Of a DNA stretch of 64,000 bases, positions 1-8,280 are shown piece after piece (position 1 is the stretch's first letter; each line of letters begins with the position of its first letter). The DNA comes from Candidatus Hydrogenedentota bacterium. Lineage in GTDB: Bacteria; Hydrogenedentota; Hydrogenedentia; Hydrogenedentales; SLHB01. The translations under genes and the position numbers were made by a program. Below the pieces are notes generated by a model. It searched no databases and was not told where the DNA came from. It was given only the letters and a program-made list of their open reading frames with translations. The stretch is taken from positions 32,001-96,000 of the forward strand of contig BTWA01000001.1 of assembly GCA_045863295.1 (NCBI GenBank), read 5' to 3'.

Positions 1-1
1 G

Positions 2-199
2 GGAAAAGCCATTCCACGGACCGAGTGGGAAGGCGCAGTTCACATTCCAACCCGTGGCCACGGCGGCGGCCGCGAGTTTAACGGCGGTAGCCAAGCCGGC
101 GGGTATCGTCGTCGCACCAGCGGCGGCGGCTATCGCGGCGGCAACCCCGGCGGAGGCAACGGCCAGGGCGGCGGACAACGCCGTTGGCGCCAGCGCTAA
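2..199 (+). CDS. C-terminal fragment (runs off the window edge) of a probable DEAD/DEAH-box RNA helicase with a Gly/Arg-rich tail
   Basis: Frame 2 reads GKAIPRTEWEGAVHIPTRGHGGGREFNGGSQAGGYRRRTSGGGYRGGNPGGGNGQGGGQRRWRQR* (TAA 197-199). GKxIPR followed by an RGG-rich tail is typical of RhlE-like helicase C-termini, and a terminator follows. Confidence 0.55.
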   Translation, partial: GKAIPRTEWEGAVHIPTRGHGGGREFNGGSQAGGYRRRTSGGGYRGGNPGGGNGQGGGQRRWRQR

Positions 200-226
200 T
201 CGCAATTCTACTACCGACACTGATAT

Positions 227-265
227 CCCCCCGATCCGCTCACGCGGGCCGGGGGTTCTTCTTTT
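227..265 (+). terminator. Rho-independent terminator
   Basis: Hairpin CCCCCCGATCCGC-TCAC-GCGGGCCGGGGG followed by TTCTTCTTTT, just after the stop at 199. Confidence 0.7.
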
Positions 266-279
266 GCTCACTCTCCGCG

Positions 280-308
280 TTGACAATTTCTGTACTTTCA
301 GATATTAT
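280..308 (+). promoter_or_regulatory. Sigma70 promoter of the GbsR/MarR-type regulator, with a palindromic operator overlapping the spacer
   Basis: TTGACA (280-285), 17 nt, TATTAT (303-308). ATTTCTGTACTTTCAGATAT (286-305) is an imperfect palindrome. RBS AGGAG precedes ATG 327. Confidence 0.8.
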
Positions 309-326
309 CGTAACAGGAGAAGTTTG

Positions 327-851
327 ATGCAGTTGACCCCTTCCATGAAGAAGTTCATCCTTCACTGGGGCGAAATGGGCGCCCGCTGGGGGGTGACGCG
401 CACAGTCGCTCAAGTGCATGCCCTGCTTTATGTTACCGCAAAACCTCTCCCAGCGGATGAAATCGCCGAAACCCTTTCCATTGCCCGCTCCAATGTCAGC
501 ACCACCTTGAAAGAACTTCAAGGCTGGGGCATTGTCCGGGTCAGCCATGTGATGGGGGATCGAAGAGAACACTTCGAGACGGTCGCAGGCGTTTGGGAAA
601 TGTTTATGACCATCCTCGACGAGCGCAAACACCGCGAAATGGACCCCACTATCCAGATTCTCCGAGAATCCATCGAGTTTGCACGTAATGAAGGGAACTA
701 TCAGGAATACGAACGGTTAAGCGAACTTTTGGAATTCTTTGAAACCATGTCCCGGTGGTATGGCCAAATTCGCCGGATGCCTACCCCGATGTTACGCAAA
801 CTGGCCTCTATGGGCGACAAGATGGCAGGGTTGGCGGAGAAGCTGTCATGA
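327..851 (+). CDS. GbsR/MarR-family transcriptional regulator (COG1510-like)
   Basis: MQLTPSMKKFILHWGEMGARWGVTRTVAQVHALLY...ADEIAETLSIARSNVSTTLKELQGWGIV, a wHTH. Start set at ATG 327 after AGGAG. Confidence 0.9.
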   Translation: MQLTPSMKKFILHWGEMGARWGVTRTVAQVHALLYVTAKPLPADEIAETLSIARSNVSTTLKELQGWGIVRVSHVMGDRREHFETVAGVWEMFMTILDERKHREMDPTIQILRESIEFARNEGNYQEYERLSELLEFFETMSRWYGQIRRMPTPMLRKLASMGDKMAGLAEKLS

Positions 852-886
852 AAAGGACGGTATTTTTTTGCCCAGACTATTCCCCT

Positions 887-906
887 ATTTCAGAAATTCC
901 CGAAAC
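887..906. promoter_or_regulatory. Second putative operator for the GbsR/MarR-type regulator
   Basis: ATTTCAGAAATTCCCGAAAC shares the ATTTCnG-N6-CnGA pattern with the operator at 286-305. Confidence 0.55.
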
Positions 907-1115
907 AAGAGACGGGTGCAGCAATTCTATTGAACGCCAAAACAACCCTACCCGAGAACGCGAGATGACCCGTCATTTGTCGTGCACGGAGTCGCTACTC
1001 CGACTCGTCGCGTTACTCCTGCGCAGACCCAGCCTGGAAGAACCAGGTCTTCATCGGTAGCAGATGCCAATCCCAACTCCGGGCAGCCTCACAACGAGAG
1101 CCCGTCACTTTCGGT

Positions 1116-3584
1116 CTAGAACACACCCAAGCGGCGTTGCGGGTTTGGCGCGACCTTCTCGCTCTCCAGCCGCTTCTTCTGAATGAGCCACACTTCCGCG
1201 ATTTGCGTGCCACGTCCAGAACTGCCCCTACCCGGAGTCTGATCCCATTTGAGGGTGAGCGTGCCGTCCTGGGTCGCTTCGACCGGAATGTCGAATTCGA
1301 CCGGCGCGATGGGATCGGGCTTGTCCATGAAATCATGCACTTGCACGTCGTCCGCAAAGAGGCGCATCTGCGTATCCCACTTATCGCCGGCGTACACGGC
1401 GCGAACAATGTACTCGGCACCAGGATCGAGGTTCTCATACTTCATGTACAGCGGCGCCTCGAACCGCGTCTCTGCATCGTTGAACCACGACCTGCGCCGA
1501 TCCACCGGCCGCGGGTAATACCCCAGCAACGGATTGGTCCGGTTCTCGGGATCGAATTCATCCGTCACATTGCGCACTAGGTGCGGCTGATTCAAGGGAT
1601 CGCCCAAGTCGTCATAGAACCCGCCCGGGCCAGGGTTGGTCCAGTTCACGATAGCGTGAATCGCCAGAATGCGGTCTTCTTCGGATTCCATCTTCCGCAA
1701 TTCAGCAAACCGGGCAGCAAGCCATGGCAGGTTGTTCAACGGACGGTCAACGAGATCAAAATTCGCGCCGCGCCCAATCGACACCGCTTGGTATCGCGGC
1801 ACACTATGCTGCATACGAATACTCTGGAAAAGCGCCTCGGCCATATCGCTAACCCGGCTGCGCAACTCCTGCGCCGCGGGATTGATTAGCGCGTCATTGA
1901 GAATCCTCTCCGCCTCCTCCACGGCGCGCAGACTACCCACTACGTCCGCACGCTGGAGCACGGCCAGGGCCGTTTGCTCGGCATGAGATTCGTGAATGAG
2001 ACGACGCCGTACAAAGGCGTCGTAATACGCGCGGTATACGATCTGCTGGAAGCGCCAACTTGACCGCACAAAAGGATTCGCGGTGCGCTCCAACTCCTGC
2101 ACCTGTAACAGCGTGGTGTCCACTGACACATTCGCGGCCAACGGTCCGGTCCAATTCCGCTCCAAGCCAAAAATTATCTCGGCGACCCCATACTCGAATT
2201 CCGTTCCAATGAAATACCGCGCATACTCGACCGCAACCTGATGCGGATCCGTGTCCGGATCCCATCCGAGCATGCTCCACAGGACCTTATTAAAATCGTC
2301 GTTCACACCCTCAGAGTAGGTGATGAATCCACCGTCGCAATACGGCGCACTCCACCGGTAAATCTCCGTGAACGCACGGGGGCGCGGATTAATCACTTCG
2401 CGATCCTGCGTGAGCGGGAACGCAACGTCCCAGTCCTGCACGGGATACTGACAGGAGTAGGAATGCGTGATATCCGGATAATGGCGAATAGGGTACTGCG
2501 CGGGGATCTCTTTGCGCATCACCGGCAGGCTCAGGCGATTCTGCGGCGCAAACACGACTCCGGAGAGCCATTTCGGTTGCACATTCTTCATGTACTCCAG
2601 AAATTCATTCATCCAATCCAGCGTGAACCCCTGCGGCGACATCCACATCTCCGCATCCGGGTGGGTCTTGTGCAACACGTCCGTCTGCTTTTCGAGTAGG
2701 GCCATCAAGTGCTCGGGCTTGGTATGGCCGGGATCGCCGCCGGGCACAAACACCACATCGATGCGCGGCAGCTCCTTGAAAACGTCGCCCCACTCTTTAA
2801 GTGCCGCATTGACTGTCGCTGGGTCGCCGTAGTTCTTGTCCATGGCCGGGTACCAAATCCACACTTCCAATCCGTACTCATCGCACACCCGGGACATTTC
2901 GGCCATCATCTCGATCTGCGGCAAGGGGAAGAGCGGGCTATCCGGTTCGTCATCGCTGCGCGGAGGAATGAGTTCGACCGCATTTGTGCCGAACACGACC
3001 ATGTCGCGCACGTACTGCTCCCACATGGGGACGGTCCATCCATCGTACGTGTTCACTTTCGGCCGGAACCCAACCTGATGGCCGCGACGGGCCGTATGCG
3101 GGGCCGTGTTGATCGACAACTCCGCGGGCAGCATAGCCTCGTCCCGGCGTAATCGGAGTTCGCGAAGCAGCCGCCCAGTCCCGAACAAAACGCCCCGCGG
3201 CGAGTTCGCCACCACGCTGACTACCGTCCGCTCGCCCTGCTTACGGGAGGAAAGGACATACCCTTCGTCGCCCTCCGGCTTCACATTCGTCAGGGCCGTG
3301 CCCAGCGGCGTGTCAAGCGTGCTTAATGCTTCCAGAGTGCCCAACACAATCACGGTATCCGTACCTTCGGGCCATGTGTGGACCGAATCCCATCGAAGCC
3401 GGCTACGCTTTTCCACCTCTTCGCGTAACATGGCCACTGCCTTCTGCACCGTCACCGGAGCTTCGGCCGGAGAAACGATAGACGCCGTACCTACTGCAGT
3501 AAAGGCAGTTTGCGCGTCGGCCACCGAAACCATCCATGCCACCGCCAAAGTCCATCCGAACCAAGCCTTGATCGCGCACCTCAT
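1116..3584 (-). CDS. Large secreted hypothetical protein with an N-terminal GH20b/GH67N-like domain; probable carbohydrate-active enzyme
   Basis: Signal peptide MRCAIKAWFGWTLAVAWMVSVADA after RBS GGAGGAG. PEGDEGYVL...ANSPRGVLFGTGRLLR resembles the hexosaminidase/alpha-glucuronidase N-domain, followed by a barrel-like region and a C-terminal beta-sandwich. Confidence 0.6.
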   Translation of the reverse strand: MRCAIKAWFGWTLAVAWMVSVADAQTAFTAVGTASIVSPAEAPVTVQKAVAMLREEVEKRSRLRWDSVHTWPEGTDTVIVLGTLEALSTLDTPLGTALTNVKPEGDEGYVLSSRKQGERTVVSVVANSPRGVLFGTGRLLRELRLRRDEAMLPAELSINTAPHTARRGHQVGFRPKVNTYDGWTVPMWEQYVRDMVVFGTNAVELIPPRSDDEPDSPLFPLPQIEMMAEMSRVCDEYGLEVWIWYPAMDKNYGDPATVNAALKEWGDVFKELPRIDVVFVPGGDPGHTKPEHLMALLEKQTDVLHKTHPDAEMWMSPQGFTLDWMNEFLEYMKNVQPKWLSGVVFAPQNRLSLPVMRKEIPAQYPIRHYPDITHSYSCQYPVQDWDVAFPLTQDREVINPRPRAFTEIYRWSAPYCDGGFITYSEGVNDDFNKVLWSMLGWDPDTDPHQVAVEYARYFIGTEFEYGVAEIIFGLERNWTGPLAANVSVDTTLLQVQELERTANPFVRSSWRFQQIVYRAYYDAFVRRRLIHESHAEQTALAVLQRADVVGSLRAVEEAERILNDALINPAAQELRSRVSDMAEALFQSIRMQHSVPRYQAVSIGRGANFDLVDRPLNNLPWLAARFAELRKMESEEDRILAIHAIVNWTNPGPGGFYDDLGDPLNQPHLVRNVTDEFDPENRTNPLLGYYPRPVDRRRSWFNDAETRFEAPLYMKYENLDPGAEYIVRAVYAGDKWDTQMRLFADDVQVHDFMDKPDPIAPVEFDIPVEATQDGTLTLKWDQTPGRGSSGRGTQIAEVWLIQKKRLESEKVAPNPQRRLGVF

Positions 3585-3771
3585 TCCACGTATCTCCTCC
3601 ACCTTGAATACTGCCCGTTGCGTCAGTCGTCCAGGCAGGATACACATTGAACAGGGCAAGTTGAAACCACATAGCGGCGCAATTCCGCTCCAATGCCGCC
3701 GCGCTCGCCACCGGCACGCTTTGGCCCGCCAACCATTATTTGCTAAGGTGTACGCTTCACAGGAGAGTGCC

Positions 3772-4491
3772 ATGGGCGAGTTGATATTGGTGCGTCACGG
3801 GCAAGCCTCGTTTCACGACGAGAATTACGACAAACTGTCGCCATTGGGCGAAGATCAGGCGCGTTTGCTGGGCCGGTATTGGGCGCGCATTGGGTTCATT
3901 CCCAACCACCTGTTCAGTGGCCCCCTCGCACGTCAGCGCCGCTCGGCCGAACTGATTGCCGAAGGCTTTCGCGAGGCCGGCTTGCACGTGCCCGACCTCC
4001 GGATTGTGGATGACCTCGCGGAGATGCCGGTGGAAGAAATTGGTAAGCGCTTTCTTCCGCAGCTTTGCATGCAGGATCCCGAAATGATGGAAACGATGAT
4101 GCAGTTCTCCAATGCCGAGGATCGCATGGAAAAGGAAAGGCTGTTTCAACGCGTCTTTGAAAAAGTAGTGGCCATGTGGGGTGACGGTGCCTTCGCCGAG
4201 GCAGATGTTGAAACATGGGAGACCTTCGTGGGCCGGATTGGCCGCGCCATCGATCATGTTCTGAGCCACAACGGCGGAGGCGAACGCCTTGTCGTAGTTA
4301 CGTCGGGCGGTCCGACCGGAGTGACCGTGCAACGCGCGCTGGGGCTGGACGCGCCGACGACCATGAATCTCATGTGGCGTATTCGCAACGCGTCGATCAC
4401 GGAATTCTTGTTTACCGAGGGGCGCATGACGATGTCCTCCTTCAACGCCGTACCTCATTTGGAAGACCCGGACTTCTGGACGTACCGGTAG
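3772..4491 (+). CDS. Histidine phosphatase (phosphoglycerate mutase) family protein
   Basis: MGELILVRHGQAS (RHG motif), SGPLARQRRSA, VVTSGG, SSFNAVPHL. RBS AGGAG upstream. Confidence 0.9.
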   Translation: MGELILVRHGQASFHDENYDKLSPLGEDQARLLGRYWARIGFIPNHLFSGPLARQRRSAELIAEGFREAGLHVPDLRIVDDLAEMPVEEIGKRFLPQLCMQDPEMMETMMQFSNAEDRMEKERLFQRVFEKVVAMWGDGAFAEADVETWETFVGRIGRAIDHVLSHNGGGERLVVVTSGGPTGVTVQRALGLDAPTTMNLMWRIRNASITEFLFTEGRMTMSSFNAVPHLEDPDFWTYR

Positions 4492-4648
4492 TTGAACGTG
4501 AATTGAATGCGACGCACCATGCCTGGATTTTCTCCGTTGCCAGTTGGGTTTGTGCGGGGCGCGATGACTCTTCTCTCTTTCTAGGGAGAGGTTGGGCGAG
4601 CGGGAAAAATGTGTCCCTGGGAATTGCACATTAATAGGGAGTGCACCG

Positions 4649-5866
4649 ATGGATTTCTCCATGCCTGAGCGACTGAAGGACTTGCTGCCGGAAGTGCGGC
4701 AATTTGTCGACGACGAATTGATACCCATCGAGTCCGGTCTTTTGGAAGGCGGCTTTCGCGCGATGCTACCGGAATTGGATCGGGTGCGTGAACGAGTCAA
4801 GGCCAACGGCTGGTGGACCCCCCAAATGTCCGCCCACCTCGGAGGAATGGGATTATCATTGGTGGAGCATGGGCTGCTCACAGCGGAGTTGGGGCGCACA
4901 CCCATCGGCCACTACTGCTTCAACTGCCAAGCGCCGGACGCAGGCAATATGGAACTCCTGCATTTGCACGGCAGTGACGCGCAGGTAGAGCGGTACTTGA
5001 AACCGCTCGTTCGCGGCGAAATTCGAAGTTGTTTTGGTATGACCGAGCCGGAGCACGCGGGATCGAATCCGGTATGGATGAGCACGACCGCCGTGAAAGA
5101 CGGTAACGACTACGTGATCAATGGGCACAAGTGGTTTGCCTCGTCGGCGGAAGGCGCAGCGTTTGCCATCGTCATGGCGGTGACTGATCCGACGGCCGCG
5201 CCCCACTTTCGGGCAAGCATGATCCTCGTGCCCACAAATACGCCGGGCTACCAATTCGTTCGCAATATTCCGATTATGGGTGATGTCGGAGAAGACTGGG
5301 CGAGTCACGCGGAACTGCGATTCGACAATTGCCGTGTGCCGCAATCGAACCTGCTCGGTCCGGAAGGCGCGGGCTTCATGTTGGCCCAGGAACGCCTTGG
5401 GCCCGGACGGATCCATCACTGCATGCGCTGGCTGGGCATGTGCGAGCGCAGTTTCGAGCTGATGTGCGACTATGCAGCCAAACGCGAAATCGCGCCCGGA
5501 AAACCGCTCGGCTCCCGCCAGTTCATTCAAGGGTGGATCGCGGAAAGCCGAGCGGAAATAAACGCGGCCCGACTCGCCGTACTGCATGCCGCATGGATGA
5601 TCGAAAAACTGGGACCCAAAGAGGCACGGGAAGAAATATCGTTGATCAAGTTTCACGTGGCCGGCGTGCTGCAACGTGTCGTGGATCGCGCTATTCAGGT
5701 GCACGGTGGCCTCGGGGTAACCGACTACACCCCGCTCTCGTATTTCTTCCGCCATGAACGCGCCGCTCGCATTTATGATGGCGCGGACGAAGTGCATAAA
5801 CTTTCGGTCGCCAAGCGCATCTTGAAACAGTACGGCATTGCCGTGGAGTCCGGAGCCCGGCAATGA
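4649..5866 (+). CDS. Acyl-CoA dehydrogenase, ACAD10/11- or LvaC-like clade
   Basis: FNCQAPDAGNMELL, RSCFGMTEPEHAGS, YVINGHKWF, AQERLGPGRIHHCMR, AIQVHGGLGVT, RAARIYDGADEVH. Confidence 0.93.
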   Translation: MDFSMPERLKDLLPEVRQFVDDELIPIESGLLEGGFRAMLPELDRVRERVKANGWWTPQMSAHLGGMGLSLVEHGLLTAELGRTPIGHYCFNCQAPDAGNMELLHLHGSDAQVERYLKPLVRGEIRSCFGMTEPEHAGSNPVWMSTTAVKDGNDYVINGHKWFASSAEGAAFAIVMAVTDPTAAPHFRASMILVPTNTPGYQFVRNIPIMGDVGEDWASHAELRFDNCRVPQSNLLGPEGAGFMLAQERLGPGRIHHCMRWLGMCERSFELMCDYAAKREIAPGKPLGSRQFIQGWIAESRAEINAARLAVLHAAWMIEKLGPKEAREEISLIKFHVAGVLQRVVDRAIQVHGGLGVTDYTPLSYFFRHERAARIYDGADEVHKLSVAKRILKQYGIAVESGARQ

Positions 5867-6930
5867 TTGGCGTCGACGGCACCGCGCCTGTTCGCCACGG
5901 CGAGGAGCTCAACATCTCCGCGCTGGAATCGTATCTCCACAGGACCGTGCCGGAAACCAGCGGATCCCTGGTTATCGAACAATTCCCGAGCGGGCATTCG
6001 AACCTGACCTATTTGATTCGACTGGGCGAGCGGGAGTGGGTGTTGCGCCGCCCTCCGTTCGGCAGCAAGGTGAAAGGCGCGCACGACATGAAGCGCGAAT
6101 ACACCGTGCTGGAAAGATTGCATCCCGTGTACGCGCCCGCGCCCAAGCCGGTGGTCTTCTGCGACGATCATTCTGTCATCGGTTCCGACTTCTATGTGAT
6201 GGAGCGCATCCAAGGCGTGATCATGCGCCACAAAAAGCCATCCGATTTTCCGGCCGTTTCACCCGAACTCGCATCGGCATGCTGTCGTGGCTTTGTCAAG
6301 AATCTCGCCACCTTGCATGGCCTCGACTACAAGGCCATCGGGCTGGACGCATTGTACAAGGGCGACGGATACGTCCTGCGCCAAGCGGAAGGTTGGGCCA
6401 AGCGATACGAAGGGTCGAAAACCGACGACATCGCGGAAATCGATCGGGTCATCGCCTGGCTCAAGGACCACGTGCCCATGGATACCGGAGCGGTCCTGAT
6501 TCATAACGACTACAAGTTCGACAACGTGGTGGTCGCTCCCGAAGACCTGACTCGAATAATCGGCGTGCTGGATTGGGAGATGTGCACCATCGGCGATCCA
6601 CTCGCGGACTTGGGCACCTCGCTCAGCTATTGGATGGAACCCGCGGACGCAGACGCGTTCAAAACGGTTCAGTGTTTCATGACCACATTGCCCGGCGCGA
6701 TGACCCGGCAGGAAGTAGCCAACACATACGCGGAAATCACCGGACGCGATCTGTCGAACATTCTCTATTACTACATACTCGCGCTGTTCAAGCTTGCGGT
6801 CATTGTGCAGCAGATCTACTACCGCTACAAGCAGGGCCTGACCCAGGACGAGCGGTTCGCGTCCATGATTGTCATGGTGCACTTGCTCGGGCGCAAGGCA
6901 GTCGAGAGCATCGAGACTGGACGGATGTAG
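5863..6930 (+). CDS. APH-family phosphotransferase (ACAD10/11 kinase domain or LvaA-like)
   Basis: QFPSGHSNLTYLI, VLRRPP, AHDMKREY, FYVMERIQG, LIHNDYKFDN, GVLDWEMCTIGDPLADLG. ATGA overlap with the acyl-CoA dehydrogenase. Confidence 0.92.
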   Translation: MIGVDGTAPVRHGEELNISALESYLHRTVPETSGSLVIEQFPSGHSNLTYLIRLGEREWVLRRPPFGSKVKGAHDMKREYTVLERLHPVYAPAPKPVVFCDDHSVIGSDFYVMERIQGVIMRHKKPSDFPAVSPELASACCRGFVKNLATLHGLDYKAIGLDALYKGDGYVLRQAEGWAKRYEGSKTDDIAEIDRVIAWLKDHVPMDTGAVLIHNDYKFDNVVVAPEDLTRIIGVLDWEMCTIGDPLADLGTSLSYWMEPADADAFKTVQCFMTTLPGAMTRQEVANTYAEITGRDLSNILYYYILALFKLAVIVQQIYYRYKQGLTQDERFASMIVMVHLLGRKAVESIETGRM

Positions 6931-7054
6931 AAACCGGAGCGTTTTGTGCCTGGCAAGCGCGCTAGCCTACGGGCTCGGATTTCGCGATGAATCAAGCCGC
7001 TGGTTCTTCTGCAACGCGGCCGCCATACGACGTCGCGCCATCAGGAAGTGGCCC

Positions 7055-7177
7055 GGACCGCTTAATCCCGCTGAATGTGCATGACTGCGCGAACGGGACT
7101 CCAACCTCACGGGAATAACCACCGGGAATTCGATCCGGCGGACGGCCAATTGGTACGATCCCGAGACAGGAAAGTAC
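7055..7177 (+). ncRNA. Candidate riboswitch-like structured leader resembling a SAM-I/IV variant
   Basis: Nested stems TCCCG/CGGGA, GTGCA/TGCGC, CCGG/CCGG and GTAC-GA-TCC...GG-AAA-GTAC, with core GACTCCAACC-TC-ACGG-GAATAA-CCAC. Ends 5 nt before RBS AAGGA. The SAM-I/IV resemblance is recalled, not computed. Confidence 0.45.
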
Positions 7178-7195
7178 GTCACAAGGAACAACGAC

Positions 7196-7600
7196 GTGAA
7201 CACAAACGAACTCATCAAGCAGTACTACGCTGCGTTTAATGCCGGCGACATGAACACATTTCTGGGCTTGCTGACCGAGGATGTCGTGCACGACATCAAC
7301 CAGGGTGGGCGGCAAATTGGCCGAGAGGCGTTTAGAACCTTCATGGACCGCATGAACGCCTCGTACAAAGAGGAGCTCGTGGACATCCTGATCATGACAA
7401 GCGATGACGGATCGCGCGCCGCGGCCGAGTTTACGGTACTGGGCAAGTATCTGAAAACCGACGAAGGCCTGCCCCCGGCCAAGGGCCAGACGTACCGCTT
7501 GCCCGCGGGCGCTTTCTTTGAGATTCGCGATGGCAAAGTCTCACGCGTAACCAACTACTATAACCTGCAAGACTGGCTTGCCCAGGTGAAGGAAGCCTGA
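7196..7600 (+). CDS. SnoaL/NTF2-like ketosteroid-isomerase-related protein
   Basis: YYAAFNAGD...LLTEDVVHDINQG...RAAAEFTVLGKYLKTDEGLPPAKGQTYRLPAGAFFEIRDGKVSRVTNYYNLQDW. GTG start after AAGGA. Confidence 0.88.
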   Translation: MNTNELIKQYYAAFNAGDMNTFLGLLTEDVVHDINQGGRQIGREAFRTFMDRMNASYKEELVDILIMTSDDGSRAAAEFTVLGKYLKTDEGLPPAKGQTYRLPAGAFFEIRDGKVSRVTNYYNLQDWLAQVKEA

Positions 7601-8205
7601 TGTCCACGGAAGGCATAACCATCCGCACCTTGACCGGCAGAGCCATGCAGCCGTACTTGCCTGACTTGGCCCGCCTGCGAATCGCTGTCTTCCGGGATTT
7701 TCCTTACTTGTACGACGGCACCGTGGAATACGAAGAGAAATATCTGCAGACCTATCTCGAAACGTCTGAGAGCATCATCGTACTGGCACTGGAAGGCGAA
7801 AAAGTCATCGGCGCCTCCACCGGCTTGCCGCTGGACTGCGAAATCGATGATTTCATTAAGCCGGTGGCTGCGAACGGATACGACCCATCGCGCGTGTTCT
7901 ACTGCGGCGAGTCCGTCCTGCTCAAACCCTACCGCGGCCGAGGCCTATACAAATTCTTCTTTCAGGGCCGGGAAGATCACGCGCGCGCACTGGGCCGTTT
8001 TGAGTACACGGCCTTCTGCGGCGTGCAGCGCCCGATCGATCATCCACTTAGCCCACCCGACTACGAACCCCTCGATCCCATCTGGGAAAAGTTCGGCTAT
8101 GTAAAGCAACCGCACCTCATTGCGCGTTATGTCTGGAAAGACGTGGACAAAGACTCTGAAACGGCAAAGCCGATGGTCTTCTGGATGAAAAAGATCGTCC
8201 GTTAA
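7600..8205 (+). CDS. GNAT-family N-acetyltransferase
   Basis: LARLRIAVFRDFPYLYDG, IGASTGLP, FYCGESVLLKPYRGRGL (acetyl-CoA loop). Coupled to the upstream gene by TGATG. Confidence 0.88.
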   Translation: MSTEGITIRTLTGRAMQPYLPDLARLRIAVFRDFPYLYDGTVEYEEKYLQTYLETSESIIVLALEGEKVIGASTGLPLDCEIDDFIKPVAANGYDPSRVFYCGESVLLKPYRGRGLYKFFFQGREDHARALGRFEYTAFCGVQRPIDHPLSPPDYEPLDPIWEKFGYVKQPHLIARYVWKDVDKDSETAKPMVFWMKKIVR

Positions 8206-8280
8206 CGCGACTAGCCCGCATGTAGCGCCAAGCGCGCTTTTAGCATGGCGAGAAGCGCGGCAGCCCCGGGGAGAATACCG

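Noticed and set aside
54..326. Ala-rich N-terminal extension of ORF 54..851
   Set aside because: It is an off-frame reading of the upstream Gly-rich gene. A terminator, promoter and RBS place the real start at 327.
3106..3771. Long N-terminal extension of the histidine phosphatase ORF
   Set aside because: It mostly overlaps the minus-strand secreted protein. The RHG motif and RBS define the start at 3772.
7077..7130. ZTP (pfl) riboswitch, suggested by ATGACTGCGCGAA...AACCACCGGG
   Set aside because: The required downstream CGCCTGGGC pseudoknot hairpin is missing, and the genes are not purine or folate related.
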